Assembly (NCBI GenBank): GCA_964106915.2
Contig: OZ066921.1
DNA: 64,000 nt
Strand: one strand, 5' to 3'
Source of the DNA: Podarcis gaigeae
Lineage: Eukaryota
A model generated the notes under the pieces. That model was given only the letters and a program-made list of their open reading frames with translations. It did not search any database and had not been told where the DNA came from. Positions within the stretch are counted from its first letter, which is position 1, and each line of letters starts with the position of its first letter. The translations under genes were made by a program, and so were the position numbers. This document shows, piece after piece, positions 63,175 to 64,000 of this stretch.

Positions 63175-64000
63175 AAATCAAACAATTTACCTAAGGGTGA
63201 AAACACCACTTTTGGCAAAGCATTTATCCCACCAGGAAATAATTATTATTAGTAGCTGCTGTTTCCCCCCCCCCCCCTCAATTTTACAATGTATATAAAA
63301 CTCAGAGAACAGTTATAACAGAGAAAAATTAAAACATGAAAAACAAAATTGTAAAATGGGCATGTACAATAAGCACAGTTACATGTGAGTTAAAATAAAG
63401 TCCAAGTCATAAAAGAAAAAAAGTGAGAATAAATGTTGTCTTCATGAAAAGACAATCAACATTATTTGATTATCAAGTATAGTTCCAGATTTGCCAGGCT
63501 GGTGACAAGGGTTGAAAATAATGGCTTCATTCTATATATAATAAAGGAATGCCAAATCATATAAAATGTGTCTGGGGGTTTTAGGCCTTGTTGAAATCTT
63601 AAATTATGTGTAATTCTCTCCATTATGAGTATATTCCAGAGTGTGTGATACAGTACTAGTTATTTTTATTAAATATTATTATTTATGATGATGATCTGCT
63701 GTTCCCCAAGGGGCAAGGCAGTTTACAATGTGCAAATAGAAAACATTGCAACCAGAGTTTCAACTAAACTCTGCCCTTGAACTCCTCTCCTCCCTGCCAG
63801 GCCACATCCCTGTCCACTTGCTCTGCTAGCTCTTTTGAACATAACATTCTTTTGTCCTGTGACCATGGAAGGGATTCTTCCTCTCCTTCAGCATACTTGC
63901 ACCAAGATTTTCTTGGCTGCTGCATTCTGTGTTGGTGACTAAGAAGTCATGCATATCTTGCTACTTTTTAATCATTCCTGTGTCAGGTTTTCCCATGTTC

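Overview
Non-coding vertebrate DNA, almost certainly a squamate reptile and probably a lacertid lizard. That assignment comes from my recognition of the repeat families (tRNA-derived SINE, CR1 and L2 3' ends, Penelope-like termini, hAT-type MITEs), not from a database search. I find no supportable protein-coding gene. The ORF track is explained by chance, microsatellites and transposon remnants. There are three N-gaps. The window looks like a large intron or gene desert of a developmental or neuronal gene: many repeat-free, CpG-retaining, motif-dense blocks, several CpG-island or promoter-like stretches (30.6-31.4, 37.7-41.2, 44.8-45.7, 47.8, 58.9-59.9 kb), a strong CTCF motif and possible 5' micro-exons near 39.8 kb. 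I cannot name the host gene. The most striking structure is at 51640-51888: a very young Penelope-like insertion forming a perfect 86-bp hairpin between 17-bp direct repeats, with each arm carrying a 5'-truncated minimal hammerhead-ribozyme core. Second is a MITE family present in three copies with different internal cargo, one of which holds an L2 3' end. I do not see convincing evidence of a wholly new biological system.
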